The notes under the pieces: model-generated
What the model saw: only the letters and a program-made list of their open reading frames with translations
Told to the model about the DNA's origin: nothing
The model's database searches: none
NCBI RefSeq assembly: GCF_001194135.2
Contig: NC_068994.1
Span: forward strand, 36,769,995-36,833,994
DNA: 64,000 nucleotides
Source of the DNA: Octopus bimaculoides
Lineage: Eukaryota
Reading direction: 5' to 3'
Part shown: one piece after another, positions 13,870 through 26,734 of the stretch
Position numbering within the stretch: the stretch's first letter is position 1
Layout of the letters: every line of letters starts with the position of its first letter
Made by a program: the position numbers and the translations under genes

Positions 13870-14656
13870 TAACTAATTAATCTTATACAATAAATATACA
13901 TACATACATGCATGCATGCATACACACATACATACATTTAGCCTTGTCACAAAACCTCAAATTATACATATACAATATGTATGTGTGTGTGTGTATAGGT
14001 ATAGGCTGGGTGATGTCAACAGGAAAATAGAACTCATAACCTATATATGTTTTTTATTAATGATCAGCAAATGTTATAGAACGACTAAGGGCCTTAAAGT
14101 TTGGTACTTAAGAAACATATATATATATACATTCTTTTAAAATTTTTTTATAAAGGTGGTGCTCCAGCATGGCCACAGTCAAATGACTGAAACAAGTAAA
14201 GGAATAAAATAATATATATCTAATATAATGAATGCAAAAACTAATTTCTGTGTGTCAGTGTGTCACACTTAGACCCTTCACTCACTATTCAATGACACTC
14301 CTACTATTCCACATGATGGGGTAAAAGTAATAGTAGGCATAGAGATGGTGAGGGTAGTGGCGAAGACAGAGAGAGAGAGAGAGAAAGAAAATGAGAGGGA
14401 GAGAAAGAGTGGGTATGTGAGAAAAAGAGGGAAATGATGTACAACTTTAACCATGTCTCTTTGACAGTAATTCCTGTGGCCAACATACTGAACACTATCA
14501 TTTTTGAATTTTTTTTTGCTTTCTTTAACACACACACACACACACACATGTATATAAAATACACTTTAACTGAAATAAAGTTTCCCCAAAATTAAACATA
14601 TCTAATATAATAAATTTGAATGCCAGTGTGTCACACTTTTTCAACTTGAATAAATC

Positions 14657-14871
14657 CTTTCTACTGGAAGCACAAGGTCTCAAATTTTGGGAGAAGGGAT
14701 TAAGTCGATTACATCGACCCCCAGGACGTGACTGGTACTAATGTTATCGATCCCAAAAGAATGGAAGGCAAAGTCGACCTTGGCGGAATTCAAACTCAAA
14801 ACTTAACAGCAGACGAAATACCACTTAGCATTTCACCTGGCATGCTAACGATTCTGCCAGCTCGCTGCTTT
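14657..14871 (-). mobile_element. tRNA-derived SINE, type A (head GGCGGCGAGCTGGCAGAA)
   Basis: Reverse complement of the 17911 copy; B-box-like GAGTTTGAATTCC. Confidence 0.85.
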
Positions 14872-14889
14872 AATATAATATAATAATAT

Positions 14890-15326
14890 AATATAATAAA
14901 AGTGAATGTCATTGTGTCAGCATGTCACACTTTTTGAACTTCACTCCTAGAGGTCATAGCCCAAAATATCATACCATTTTGAAACCAGGCTGACTCAATG
15001 AGTAAATTAGAAATGTAAAAATGTTCTGGGCTGAATCCAGACACACAATCCTGAAATTTTGGGTTCCCAAGTTTTCATTACTGTGATTGTTTTTGGCTAT
15101 TTTTTTATGTGATTTTTTGCAACAAATTTTTTTTGTACAATAACAAATTTTATAATCTAAAGGTTAACTCCGTGAGTAAATTAAAAACATTCTGGGCCGA
15201 ATCCGGACCTGCAATCCTGTAATTTTGGATTGCTATATTTTCATTAATGTGATTGTTTTTGGCGATTTTTTTTTTTTTTTTTTTTTTTACATGATTTCAT
15301 ATGCCATGGCATCAAGATTTAGCTGG
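14890..15326 (+). mobile_element. Candidate non-autonomous Helitron-like element with internal ~175-bp-period duplication
   Basis: Starts with a motif also found at 14219 and 14601 (A|TCTAATATAAT...GTCACACTT). It contains a diverged repeat (14992-15110 vs 15166-15290) and ends in palindrome ATGCCATGGCAT + 10 nt + CTGG|T. Confidence 0.3.
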
Positions 15327-15769
15327 TCTGTATCACAGGATGCCTGCTACTGAAGAAGTTCAGTAGACTGAAATCAATTTGATCTGGTAGTTCGGATACC
15401 TGTAACAGATGATTCTTGTTTTGTAATATATATGTCTGTGCTTTTATGCACCATGCATCTGTATGAGAGGACCTCTCAAGGTTAATACTGCAGTATTCAG
15501 CATTCAAACTAGACATCCATGTTAAGTTGGTTATAAAAACAGTTGTTTGGTACTAATACTGCTTCTGTCACTGCTGTGCGCCTCCATGCCTCTGCCCATG
15601 TAGCTGGGACCGTGCCTCCACCTAGTGCTTCCTGCCCGACGATGACTATGTGTTCCTCCTTGCCTCGATGACATTTCCAACATACACACACATACACATG
15701 TATGATGTGTGTGTGTATGCATGTATTTCTATCTCTCTTTCATTCAATCTGTCTGTCTGTCTGTCTCGC

Positions 15770-15860
<91 letters not shown>

Positions 15861-15944
15861 ATAATAATAATAAAGATCATAATGAAGTTACCTTTAATTC
15901 CTTTTTATATATACACAGCTGATATATATATATATATGTATGTA

Positions 15945-16348
15945 TAAGGAGTGTTTGTATGGTAAGAAGTTTGATTCCCAACCATTTGGTTCTGGGTTCA
16001 GTCCCACTACATGGCATCTTTGACAAGTGTCTTATACTTTAGCCTTGGGCTAAACAAAGCCTTGTGAGTGGATTTGGTAGACAGAAACTGATAAAAGCTG
16101 ATTGTGTGTATATATATAAATAAGTGTGTGTGTGTGTGTGTTTGTCTCCCACCACAGCTTGTGAACTGCTGCTGGTTTGTTTACGTCCTCATAACTTGCT
16201 GGTTTGGCAAAAGAGACCGATAGAATAAGTACCAGGCTAAAAGAAACGAAAGTACTGGAGTTGATTCATTTGACTGAATTTCTTTAAGATAGTGCCCCAG
16301 CATGGCTGCTGTCTAATGACTGAAACAAGTAAAAGAATTAAACGAATA
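15945..16348 (+). mobile_element. SINE type B
   Basis: Head GGTAAGAAG...GGTTCAGTCCCACT, central (TG)n, tail CAGCATGG...ACTGAAACAAGTAAAAGAA. Confidence 0.85.
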
Positions 16349-17910
16349 TATATTTAATATTTCCTCTAGAGACATACCAAATCTTCCAATACATTATTCT
16401 GGAAATATTTGAAGTACGTTGTATAAGTTTGTATTTTAGATCTATATTAAATTTATTATTCTTGCATGCTTTTAACTTTTTAACTGTATACATTCTCTTT
16501 TCTACATTACCATCTCCTCTTGCATGCTTTCTTTTTTTTGTCTTACTTACATGAAATGCAGATTAAAATAATTTTTATAAACAAATGTATTGCAAACAAA
16601 TACAAAGCTTTATTTTTATTTTAATCTTTCACTCATCCACACACTCACACTTACATAAACAGAAGCTTATTTTGTCGTAGTCATACAGTTACAGCATCTA
16701 CAAATCACAAAAAAATATTCAATGCATTTATATTTCTTTATAGTATTTTAAATTTCAAAGGCTACTTAAAACATACAAGGTGTTTCATCTTGCAGACAAT
16801 GTTGCTGTTTCTAGAATCATGAGAATTTAGGTGTAATATCTTAAATTTTGATGACTCTATAGAAGTACCAATGGTCTCTCTTTGATGAGACATTTTACAA
16901 GTTGAAAGTAACCGCATATATGCACGTCTCTCTCTCTCTCTCTCTCCTGCTATCCCTTTGTTTTTCAACTTCTCCTGTAGAAACGTCTTTTCTCTCTCTG
17001 TTTCTTTCTCTATTCTCTCTGTCTTTTTCTCATTCTGTATTTCTGTCACTCACACATATTCTAGAAAGATCATAATGTTAAATTTTTGTAATGCAAATAC
17101 ATAAATGAAAATAAAGTTTATTTGGTAACCGAAAGATTACTAAATCTTTTGACACCTCATAGGTCAAAATTGGCAACTCGGTTTTTGAATCTATAAGGAA
17201 CATATGCACACACACAAACTCTCTTTTATATATTAAGATACACACACACATACGTACATGCACACACACACGTGCACACACTCATATACACACATGCATA
17301 TTTACATGTGTGTATCTAGATAACTGGTCAAAACTTCAAAGTCACTGTCAATAATATTCTTATTTAAGAATAATAACCAAGGTATTAGCAAATTCATATT
17401 TTGCAGTGAATCAGTTTCTATTTCATTATCATGACTCTGTTGAGTGAACACTCAAAAGAAAAAAAGCCTAATTAAAAATAATTATATATGGTGATGAAAA
17501 AACATTAACTTATGACTAATATCATTGCAATTATTTCAACACGTATAGGAGACAACTGCAGGCATGTTTCAGTCTTATTAAACTGCTTTGACAGAGTCCA
17601 GACTTCCATTTTTAACAATCAGGCACTCCTTGCTTGCCTCTCCTCTCCTCTTCTCATTAGTCATGTTATGTCCACCCTTAACTATGTCATTAACCACTCC
17701 AACCAGTCCTTCCTTTCCAGAATATCTACTTCTGAAACACTTTTCCTCTTTAAGTTTTTTTCCCACAGGTAACGACTTGTAAAAACAGTTAAAGCAGAAC
17801 ATGATAGGTATTAATGTTATCCATGATGGAGTTCCTATGAAAGCCATAGTTACTGTCCCTTTCTCCAAACTCACCAAAGCATACCAAAACAGTAATATGT
17901 TTAGGCATTA

Positions 17911-18126
17911 AGGCAGCGAGCTGGCAGAAATGTTAGCATGCCGGGCAAAATGCTTAGTAGTATTTCGTCTCTCTTTACATTCTGAGTTCAAATTCCGCCG
18001 AGGTCGACTTTGCCTTTCATCCTTTAGGGGTCAATAAATTAAGTTCCAGTTGCACACTGGAGTCGATCTAATCGACTGACCACCCTCCCCAAAATTTTGG
18101 GCCTTGTGCCTACAGTAGAAAAGAAT
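17911..18126 (+). mobile_element. tRNA-derived SINE, type A (well preserved)
   Basis: A-box-like TGGCAGAAATG and B-box GAGTTCAAATTCC, CpGs retained, homologous to copies at 14657, 18258 and 60236. Confidence 0.9.
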
Positions 18127-18257
18127 ATGTATAGGCATGAAAAATAAGTATGAGAATAAAATAAAATGGAAGAAGCCGCAGAACAGAAATTACTCAGTGA
18201 TGCCCTCTGCATGAAAAACAAGAGTAAAGTTAATGTTGATGTATTTAAAGTACTCCA

Positions 18258-18465
18258 CGGTGGCAAACTGGCAAAAGTGTTAGCATGCCAGGCAAAAGGC
18301 TGCTAAGTATTTTGTCCGTCTTTATGTTCTGGGTTCAAATTCTGCTGTGGTTGATTTTGCCTTACATCCTTTTTGATAAAATAAGTACCAGATGAGCACT
18401 GGGGTCGATGTAATTGACTTACCCTCTCTCCCCGAAATTGCTGGCCTTGTGCCAAAATTTGAAAT
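18258..18465 (+). mobile_element. SINE type A, older copy in tandem with 17911
   Basis: Collinear similarity to 17911-18126. Confidence 0.8.
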
Positions 18466-19624
18466 AAGTATATTTAATGTAGTGAGATAATTAAGATAAT
18501 GTTGACCACTGAGCTTAGTCATTTTCTCAAACACTAATACTAACTTATTAGTGTACTGTAACTTAGTTACAATAATATAGGATGAGATACAACACCACCT
18601 CATACATTATATAGTGTTGTTGTTTAATACTTCAACATGCATGTCCTACAAGAGTCCAAGACAACAATAGCTATACTGGAAATAGACCTGTGATTGGCTT
18701 GACATTCTAGTTGTGACTGTTTCATTTCTTTCTTCTGACATAGGACTTCTAATGTGCCTTTTCCTTTTTTAAGATAGAAGGGGGTGATTTGAGAGAGATT
18801 TGTAATTTTCTCTTGGTGGCTCCCTTGCTAGTGTGATTCTGACAGTAATGGAAATATACGTTGAAAAAGGGAACCATAAATGTAAGTCTTTCAGTTTAAC
18901 TGTACAGCTGTTGTAGTTTTAACCCCAGGTCAAATCTGATAATGTAGACTTATAACCAAAAACATTCCAGCAATGAAATTTTCATCTTTTGTTTTATTCA
19001 AACACAGTGTATATATCTTGAACTACATTAACAAATGTATGCTTTAAATTTTTTAGGCAGTAGATTAATGTATGAATGAAAATCAACTGCTGTTTTTTAG
19101 CAAGTTGAGCAACCCTGTACAAACTTACTCATTTGTGGAACCACCAGTACCTACTATGTCTTTGAAAGCGAATAGCAAACAACTTGGCAGTAAGTGTTAA
19201 TGGAAACAGTCAAGATGGTTATAGCAAATATAATCATTATATACTTTTCACAAAACCTCAGAGGTGAGGTGATAGAAGGAAATTAAGACCAAAGCAATTA
19301 TAATAAGAAAATATCCTGGAATAGTGATGGCATTAGCAGACTATATCTACTGAATTGATAGTATCCCCTGTAATCATCAATTATCTATGAGTTTTATTGA
19401 GATATTATATTTATTAGTTGTTTATCTTATCTTTTATCTAAAAAGGTTCCTGTTCAACTTGCTTTTGTTCATCATAAAAAATAAAAGAATAAAAAATAAC
19501 ACAAAACAAAAGAAGCATAGAAACAACCAAACAAACAAACAATATCTGTTTGTAACAAATTAACAGTAGAGGACAGGGACATAGGAACCCATTACTTTCT
19601 GAGAGTTTTTATAGTAACATACAC

Positions 19625-19667
<43 letters not shown>

Positions 19668-20083
19668 GATAGAGATAGATAGATTGACAGATTGATACCA
19701 AGGCAAACAGGTAGACAGACAAATCGACAGTTAGATAGAAAGATAGATAAAGAATGTTTGAAATTTAAAACACAGATTAACCAACTGAATGGTAGACTAA
19801 AATGTATATACATACATATTTTCTTTCATTGTCATTACTTCTTTTTCCTTTTTCCTCTCTCTCTCTCTTTCTTTCTTTCTCTCTCTCTCTCTTTCACTTA
19901 TTTACTCTTACATTTCCTCATTCTTACACACACAGATAACAACAATAATATTGATTTCTAATGTAGATGCCCAAGATAATAGTTAGCTTAATTGACACCA
20001 GTATCCAGTGTTGGGCTGGTACTTTTTATAACAATCTCGAAAGGATGTGAGGTAAAGTAAACCCTATCAAATCATCATCATCG

Positions 20084-20114
<31 letters not shown>

Positions 20115-21315
20115 TTTGTGTCTACTTTTCTCAGTTGGTATCAGTTGGATGGGTTTTCTAGGGCTGTGTTTCACAGCTGAATGCCTTTCCTGTTGCCAAC
20201 CTTTTTCACCACCTCACATAACCTCCAGGATTGTGATGTGAATATGAACTGATACCAAGGAAAAAATAAATTAATTAGTTGTTAAAAGTGGAAAACACTT
20301 AGTGTAGAGAATTATGGTGTTGACATAGTGGGAAACCTGATGAATTATGAAAAAGTTCAGTTTTGTAATTAATTACAACAATAACTCTATAAAACTATAT
20401 AGTTATTAAGATGCCAACCAAAATTAGGATAGACCAACATACACACACACACATATATATATATAGATAGATATATATAAATACAGATACTTAATGCACA
20501 CATCCATCCATATNNNNNNNNNNATATATATATATATATTGATTGATTGATTGATTGTGCAAGAATGTACATGATTATCAAACAGCACAGCTATAGTCAT
20601 ATCCAAACACGCAGCAGTCAAACATACACAATCACTTGTAAATAGTCTATTTACTTCTTTCATCACAGAAATAGAAGAAAGATTAATTTGAGGTACAATT
20701 TTTCAAGAGTGAACAGAGGAAAAAAAACAAAAATGAAAAAAGCAAAAAAATTATCAGCAGTACTATATAAAACAGAAGTGTTTCAATCACTGTATGATAT
20801 TACTGCTAACTAATGGAAAAAAATTTAAATCTCTTATTAGTAGCTTTTTTTAAAAACTTTTTTTGCTTTTTCATCAGTAATATATGAATTTACACTATTA
20901 TTGTCTTATGCGCAGTGTACCACTAGAGGTACCAGATTTTGAAAGGTTTCTTTTGAGTAGTATGGAAACCATATATTTTAAAGGAACAGGAGAAAGTGGA
21001 AGTTATGATGTTTGTTTATTTCTGAGATACATTACTGGTGTAAGAGAAATGGTATATTTTCAACTGAATATGGAAACTGTATTGGAAGTTGAGTATATTT
21101 TGCTCAACACACTTTAGCAGTGCATTGATAATATCATCAGAATTTGAAGCAGGATAGGGCTGCATGTAGTAGATAGGCCTGTTTGTGTGGGAATGCAAGC
21201 ATGGCTCCATGATGGGGCTTAGTCTTAATAATCACTTGGTTGTGGGATCAATCCCACTATGCACTGCCTTAGGCATATGTTCCTCAATATAGCTTTGGGG
21301 TGAAAAGTCAGTGCC

Positions 21316-21346
<31 letters not shown>

Positions 21347-23325
21347 GTGTGTGGGTGTTTGAGTGTGTGCCTCTGTGTGTGTGAATATGCACACACACAC
21401 ACACACTTTCACACACACACATGCACATATATAAATATAAAAATGATTGTAAACATATATTTTGCAGGTGTATATTAATGAAAAATATAAATATTAACAA
21501 GAAACTCATTAAACCAGTACTTTCATACTAAAATACATCTCATTGTTTGTTCTGCACAAGTTTCACTGACACTCCCCTATCCCCCTCACTGTCATATATG
21601 GCATGAATCAATCATTGGCCCATTGTAAACCTGTAATCAGTGAGACTGTTGCACTTTACAAAATGCAATTGAAAATAGATAAAGCAGTGAATTGATTTCA
21701 TTCAATCACTTATGCAGGATTCCAATTTTATGATTGAAAATATCTGGAGAGAACTTGATAAAATGCATTGAAGTTTTAAGTTTTATTTCATGCAGCTTTA
21801 TCTATCACCAAATATTGTTGATACTGAATTCACAGTCCATTCATGCTTTGTTGATAAATTAAGCATTAGTGATTTATTACAAAATATATTCTCCTCTTAT
21901 AAACAGTTAATCTTAGACCTAGTATACAATAACATTTCACAAAAGGCAAGCAAGAAGTACTCAGGAATTAACAATAATGTTTAAGATTAACAAGAGTCTT
22001 CATGGTTAACAATAAAAATTATTCAATAGTAACATATGGTATGTGAACATTTCCAAATAATATTTAAAGACCCTAATATTGTGATTTTTGGTAATATTTC
22101 TGTTTGTCCTTGTAAGTAATTTTCAAAATAATCTTACAGAATTGACTGGGTATCATTCCAGGTGTTGATCACATATGAAAGGCACATACCTTAACTTTGA
22201 TAATATTTGTATTTCAACAGGTAAATCAGTGTAATATTTTAGTCCTTTTTTTTTTTGCTAATTTGGGAACGACAATATAGTCATTTAGTATTACACTTGA
22301 TACAAATAAAGCACTCTGTACAAACATATGAAGTATATATAAAACAATATGAGCAAAGATGCCTAGCACACTTTTTTGTGCTTAACAATCATTCAGGCCA
22401 TATGTCTCTACTTGATCAGCGGTATTATGAAAAATATAATCTTAAAATTACATACGAGAACTTCTGTTACTGTCAATAACTCTTTGACAGTAGATGTGAA
22501 TAATCTCAACTTAAGGCATATACTTTGGAAATGTTAAGAAAAACATACATCTTTTTGTAGAAAATCAAGAGAACAAATTTGTTTAGTGAGATGCAATGTG
22601 CAATGAGCTTGACACATCAACAATGTGTATGAAGTGGGTATGAAATATATGAGAAAAGGATGTTGCGTGGTGGAAATAAAAATTAGAGCAATGAGAGAAG
22701 GATGAAAGGTTAAAAAAACAAAGAGAAAGAATTTAAGCTGAAGGAATTCCATCCTTGTACATTTGTATGGTTTTGGTCCAGTGAAGGTGATAGTTCTTGG
22801 CTCCATAACAAGTACTTTTTGAGGTATCTGTATTGCTTAAATATCTCTGATCTGGTGTTTAGATAGATGTATTGGTTATTAATAATCTTAAGGATTCCTC
22901 TTTTCTCTGCCATATACAAATAACTTTGCTTTCATTCTTACTTTCATTTTCAATGAGTTTTCAATAAATATTTTGAAACTCTTTTCTTAATTGCTATATG
23001 TGGTCAACTAATTTGTTAGTGTTCTTTTTTTATATGACTAAAGGAGAAAGTACAATTATAAACTTTGCTTAAATTCACATGTATCTATGTAGCATTTACA
23101 TACTACTTCTAAGTTGAGCTCTATAGATGAGATCGCTGTCTCATAAGTTATGTCTTCACTTGTAGGATTTTATCTCCTGAGCATATGTTTGCAATCCTGA
23201 ATAAGCATGTGGTTTCAGTTTTGCTGACGGTTGTGTGTATTAAAATTGTTGTGTGTGTATGCATGTGCACAAATGCAAGTGCATGCATACATACACACAC
23301 ATGCATGCATGCACACGTGTGCAGT

Positions 23326-23361
<36 letters not shown>

Positions 23362-24419
23362 TTGATGATTCATTATTTGATATTTGAAAAATCTGAAAAC
23401 ATCAAAAATCCCAAATTTTTTCAGTCAAACCAGAATCACAAATGGAAAATTGTAGACAGCCACTGACAGATACTGAATTTTCCATCTGCATATTTAAAAA
23501 AAAATTTTTACTCATTTAGATTTAAATGGCTTTTAAAACCATATCATACAGTTGGAAATTTGATTTGTAAAAATTATTTATATCGTCTGATCTATTCCTA
23601 TAAATGCTTCACACTTAGTCTAGTGAGCTTAGAATATATATATATATATATATATATAAAATCAGCATCAGCATTAACATCAGCTTTCCATGCTGGGATG
23701 GATGGTTTGACCAGAGCTGCCAAGCTGCACCAGGTGATAGTCTGATTTGCCTGGAGGATGGGTCTTCTTGTTTACAGCAAGGCACCAGGTTTCTTGGTCC
23801 TTATATATGTATACATATATAAATGCATAGTTGTGCTTGACTATGTGGTTGAGAAATTTAAAGTTATTGGGTTCCCACTATGTGGAACTTTGGATAAATG
23901 TTTTCTAAAACAGACCCAGGTCACCAAAATCTTGTGAGTGGATTTTGTTGATGGAAACTTAAAGAAGGGCATTGTTTGTATTTACTTGTCTTCATGTTGT
24001 AAATAGATGCAACTGTCATAGAAGCAGTGTCATTTGTTTTCTACATTCTCGATAAGCATACCTGGCCATGTAGATATTGAAGAAATATTGCTTTGCTTGG
24101 AAGCAGGTGAGAGTTAGCAATAGCAAGGGCATCCCGCCATAGAAATTCTGCCTCATTAACCTTTTTCTGACCCTTGCAAGTATGGAAAAGTAGATGTTAA
24201 TATGAGGTGCATATGTGTGTGTTTGTGTGTGTGTATATATGTGTGTGTGCATATATATATTTATATACATACACACACACACACATATATATACATATAT
24301 ATATGTAATAATAATATAGATTTAATCAAAAGATTAAATATGGTACTTAAAATGTTTGAGGCACCAGAATTTGGTAGGGTAAAAACCAAATACAAAATCA
24401 AAAGATTTGGTGAATAAAA

Positions 24420-24579
24420 TTTGAAGAAAAGCAACAAAAATTCATTAGGTTATAGCAGTACGTACATTTCGTACAAACTTCATTTATTTATGTAGTGTTC
24501 TCACTACATAAATAAATTAAGTTTGTACGAAACGTACGTAGTGCTATAACCTAATGAATTTTTGTTGCTTTTCTTCAAA
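24420..24579. repeat. Near-perfect palindrome: 78-bp arms, 4-nt loop
   Basis: 24420-24497 pairs with 24502-24579, 3 mismatches, loop TTCT. Confidence 0.95.
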
Positions 24580-24657
24580 AAATACATATATATGTATATA
24601 TTTATATATGTATACACATATATTTATATATATAAATACACATACATGCATATATAT

Positions 24658-25515
24658 NNNNNNNNNNNNNNNNNNNNNNNNNNNNNNNNNNNNNNNNNNN
24701 NNNNNNNNNNNNNNNNNNNNNNNNNNNNNNNNNNNNNNNNNNNNNNNNNNNNNNNNNNNNNNNNNNNNNNNNNNNNNNNNNNNNNNNNNNNNNNNNNNNN
24801 NNNNNNNNNNNNNNNNNNNNNNNNNNNNNNNNNNNNNNNNNNNNNNNNNNNNNNNNNNNNNNNNNNNNNNNNNNNNNNNNNNNNNNNNNNNNNNNNNNNN
24901 NNNNNNNNNNNNNNNNNNNNNNNNNNNNNNNNNNNNNNNNNNNNNNNNNNNNNNNNNNNNNNNNNNNNNNNNNNNNNNNNNNNNNNNNNNNNNNNNNNNN
25001 NNNNNNNNNNNNNNNNNNNNNNNNNNNNNNNNNNNNNNNNNNNNNNNNNNNNNNNNNNNNNNNNNNNNNNNNNNNNNNNNNNNNNNNNNNNNNNNNNNNN
25101 NNNNNNNNNNNNNNNNNNNNNNNNNNNNNNNNNNNNNNNNNNNNNNNNNNNNNNNNNNNNNNNNNNNNNNNNNNNNNNNNNNNNNNNNNNNNNNNNNNNN
25201 NNNNNNNNNNNNNNNNNNNNNNNNNNNNNNNNNNNNNNNNNNNNNNNNNNNNNNNNNNNNNNNNNNNNNNNNNNNNNNNNNNNNNNNNNNNNNNNNNNNN
25301 NNNNNNNNNNNNNNNNNNNNNNNNNNNNNNNNNNNNNNNNNNNNNNNNNNNNNNNNNNNNNNNNNNNNNNNNNNNNNNNNNNNNNNNNNNNNNNNNNNNN
25401 NNNNNNNNNNNNNNNNNNNNNNNNNNNNNNNNNNNNNNNNNNNNNNNNNNNNNNNNNNNNNNNNNNNNNNNNNNNNNNNNNNNNNNNNNNNNNNNNNNNN
25501 NNNNNNNNNNNNNNN
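24658..25515. other. Assembly gap (largest). Others at 5155-5442, 20514-20523, 30818-30907, 44347-44710, 46004-46853, 47162-47171, 63489-63588
   Basis: Runs of N, each abutting (AT)n, (CA)n or similar microsatellites. Confidence 0.99.
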
Positions 25516-25548
<33 letters not shown>

Positions 25549-25958
25549 ATTCATACAAAATTACAAATTACTAAGGAAACAGGAAAAATTAATATCAAAA
25601 TGCAAACATGTAAACAAGTATTGCCTCAAGAATTTCAAAGACTTACAGCCAGATTGACATCCCATAATCAGAAAAAGAAAATAAATAACTATATATATGT
25701 ATTATATGACAAACATGTTTAATGTAGCTTTATAACATGTAGAGAGTTACTATAGTAGTTTAAGTCTAACTTCAGCATGATCATCATTTCTCTCTTGTCT
25801 ATGTGCATATATGTATAGCTATCTATGTGTCTGTCTGTCTAATATGTATTTGTATATTGGATTCTAACACCAGGTTTACAATACTGCTATGCAAAAGCAA
25901 ACTACTACTAATAATAATAATAATGATGATGATGATGATGATAATAATAATAATGACA

Positions 25959-26009
<51 letters not shown>

Positions 26010-26321
26010 CATCATTGTCATAATCGTTCTAATGTCCACTCTTCCATATTTGCATGAATGCACACACATGCATGCACCTATACACCCTTATATATATATA
26101 TATATATATATTTAGATATTTATGCGAATGTGTGCATACATGCATACATGCTAGTCATATGAACCTCCTATTGTTTGACCAAATGAATGACTTCCTCATT
26201 GAATTGGCATGTGAAGTGGGTGAGCACTTCACAGACAATTGCCCAAGAAGTCATGTTATAGGACTTCATGGTCAGGAAGCTAACCACTCATCCCTGTATG
26301 TGATATGTATGTGTGTGTGCA

Positions 26322-26356
<35 letters not shown>

Positions 26357-26400
26357 ATGTGTGTGTTTATGTGTGTGTGTGTGCATGCATATATATATAT

Positions 26401-26437
<37 letters not shown>

Positions 26438-26662
26438 TTTTGGAGTGTTTTGGAAATTCCTTGATACAGTCATAATATTTGGAGAGAAGATTTTTTCTCA
26501 AAGAGTTAAGATTGAGAAAAGAACCTTTTTAGAAATTTGATATGTATATATCATCATTTAACATCCATGTCCAATGCTGGCATGGGTTAGACTATTGACA
26601 TAGGCTAGATGGTCTGGTGGCATGGGATGAAATGCTGGTAAGGGATGGCCAAATGAAATGCA

Positions 26663-26734
26663 TTTCCATGCCAGGAATCAAACATTGGCTGATTGGGTGA
26701 ACATCAGGAATCCTAGCCACTAGACCACATATAC
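26663..26734 (-). pseudogene. tRNA-Glu (TTC) pseudogene or tRNA-derived fragment
   Basis: Minus strand GGTCTAGTGGCTAGGATTCCTGATGTTCACCCAATCAGCCAATGTTTGATTCCTGGCATGGAAA resembles tRNA-Glu(TTC). The anticodon stem, T-arm and 5' acceptor strand are damaged. Confidence 0.7.

Noticed and set aside
16655-16697. 43-nt minus-strand segment with a good acceptor (tttgtag) and GTAAGT donor
   Set aside because: All three frames contain stops (phase 0 gives M-L-stop). Such site pairs are expected by chance in 40 kb of AT-rich intron.
17512-17877. Overlapping 65-99-aa ORFs and a strong plus-strand acceptor (cccacag at ~17768)
   Set aside because: There is no domain similarity I can recognise, and the 39-nt segment after the acceptor is closed in all frames.
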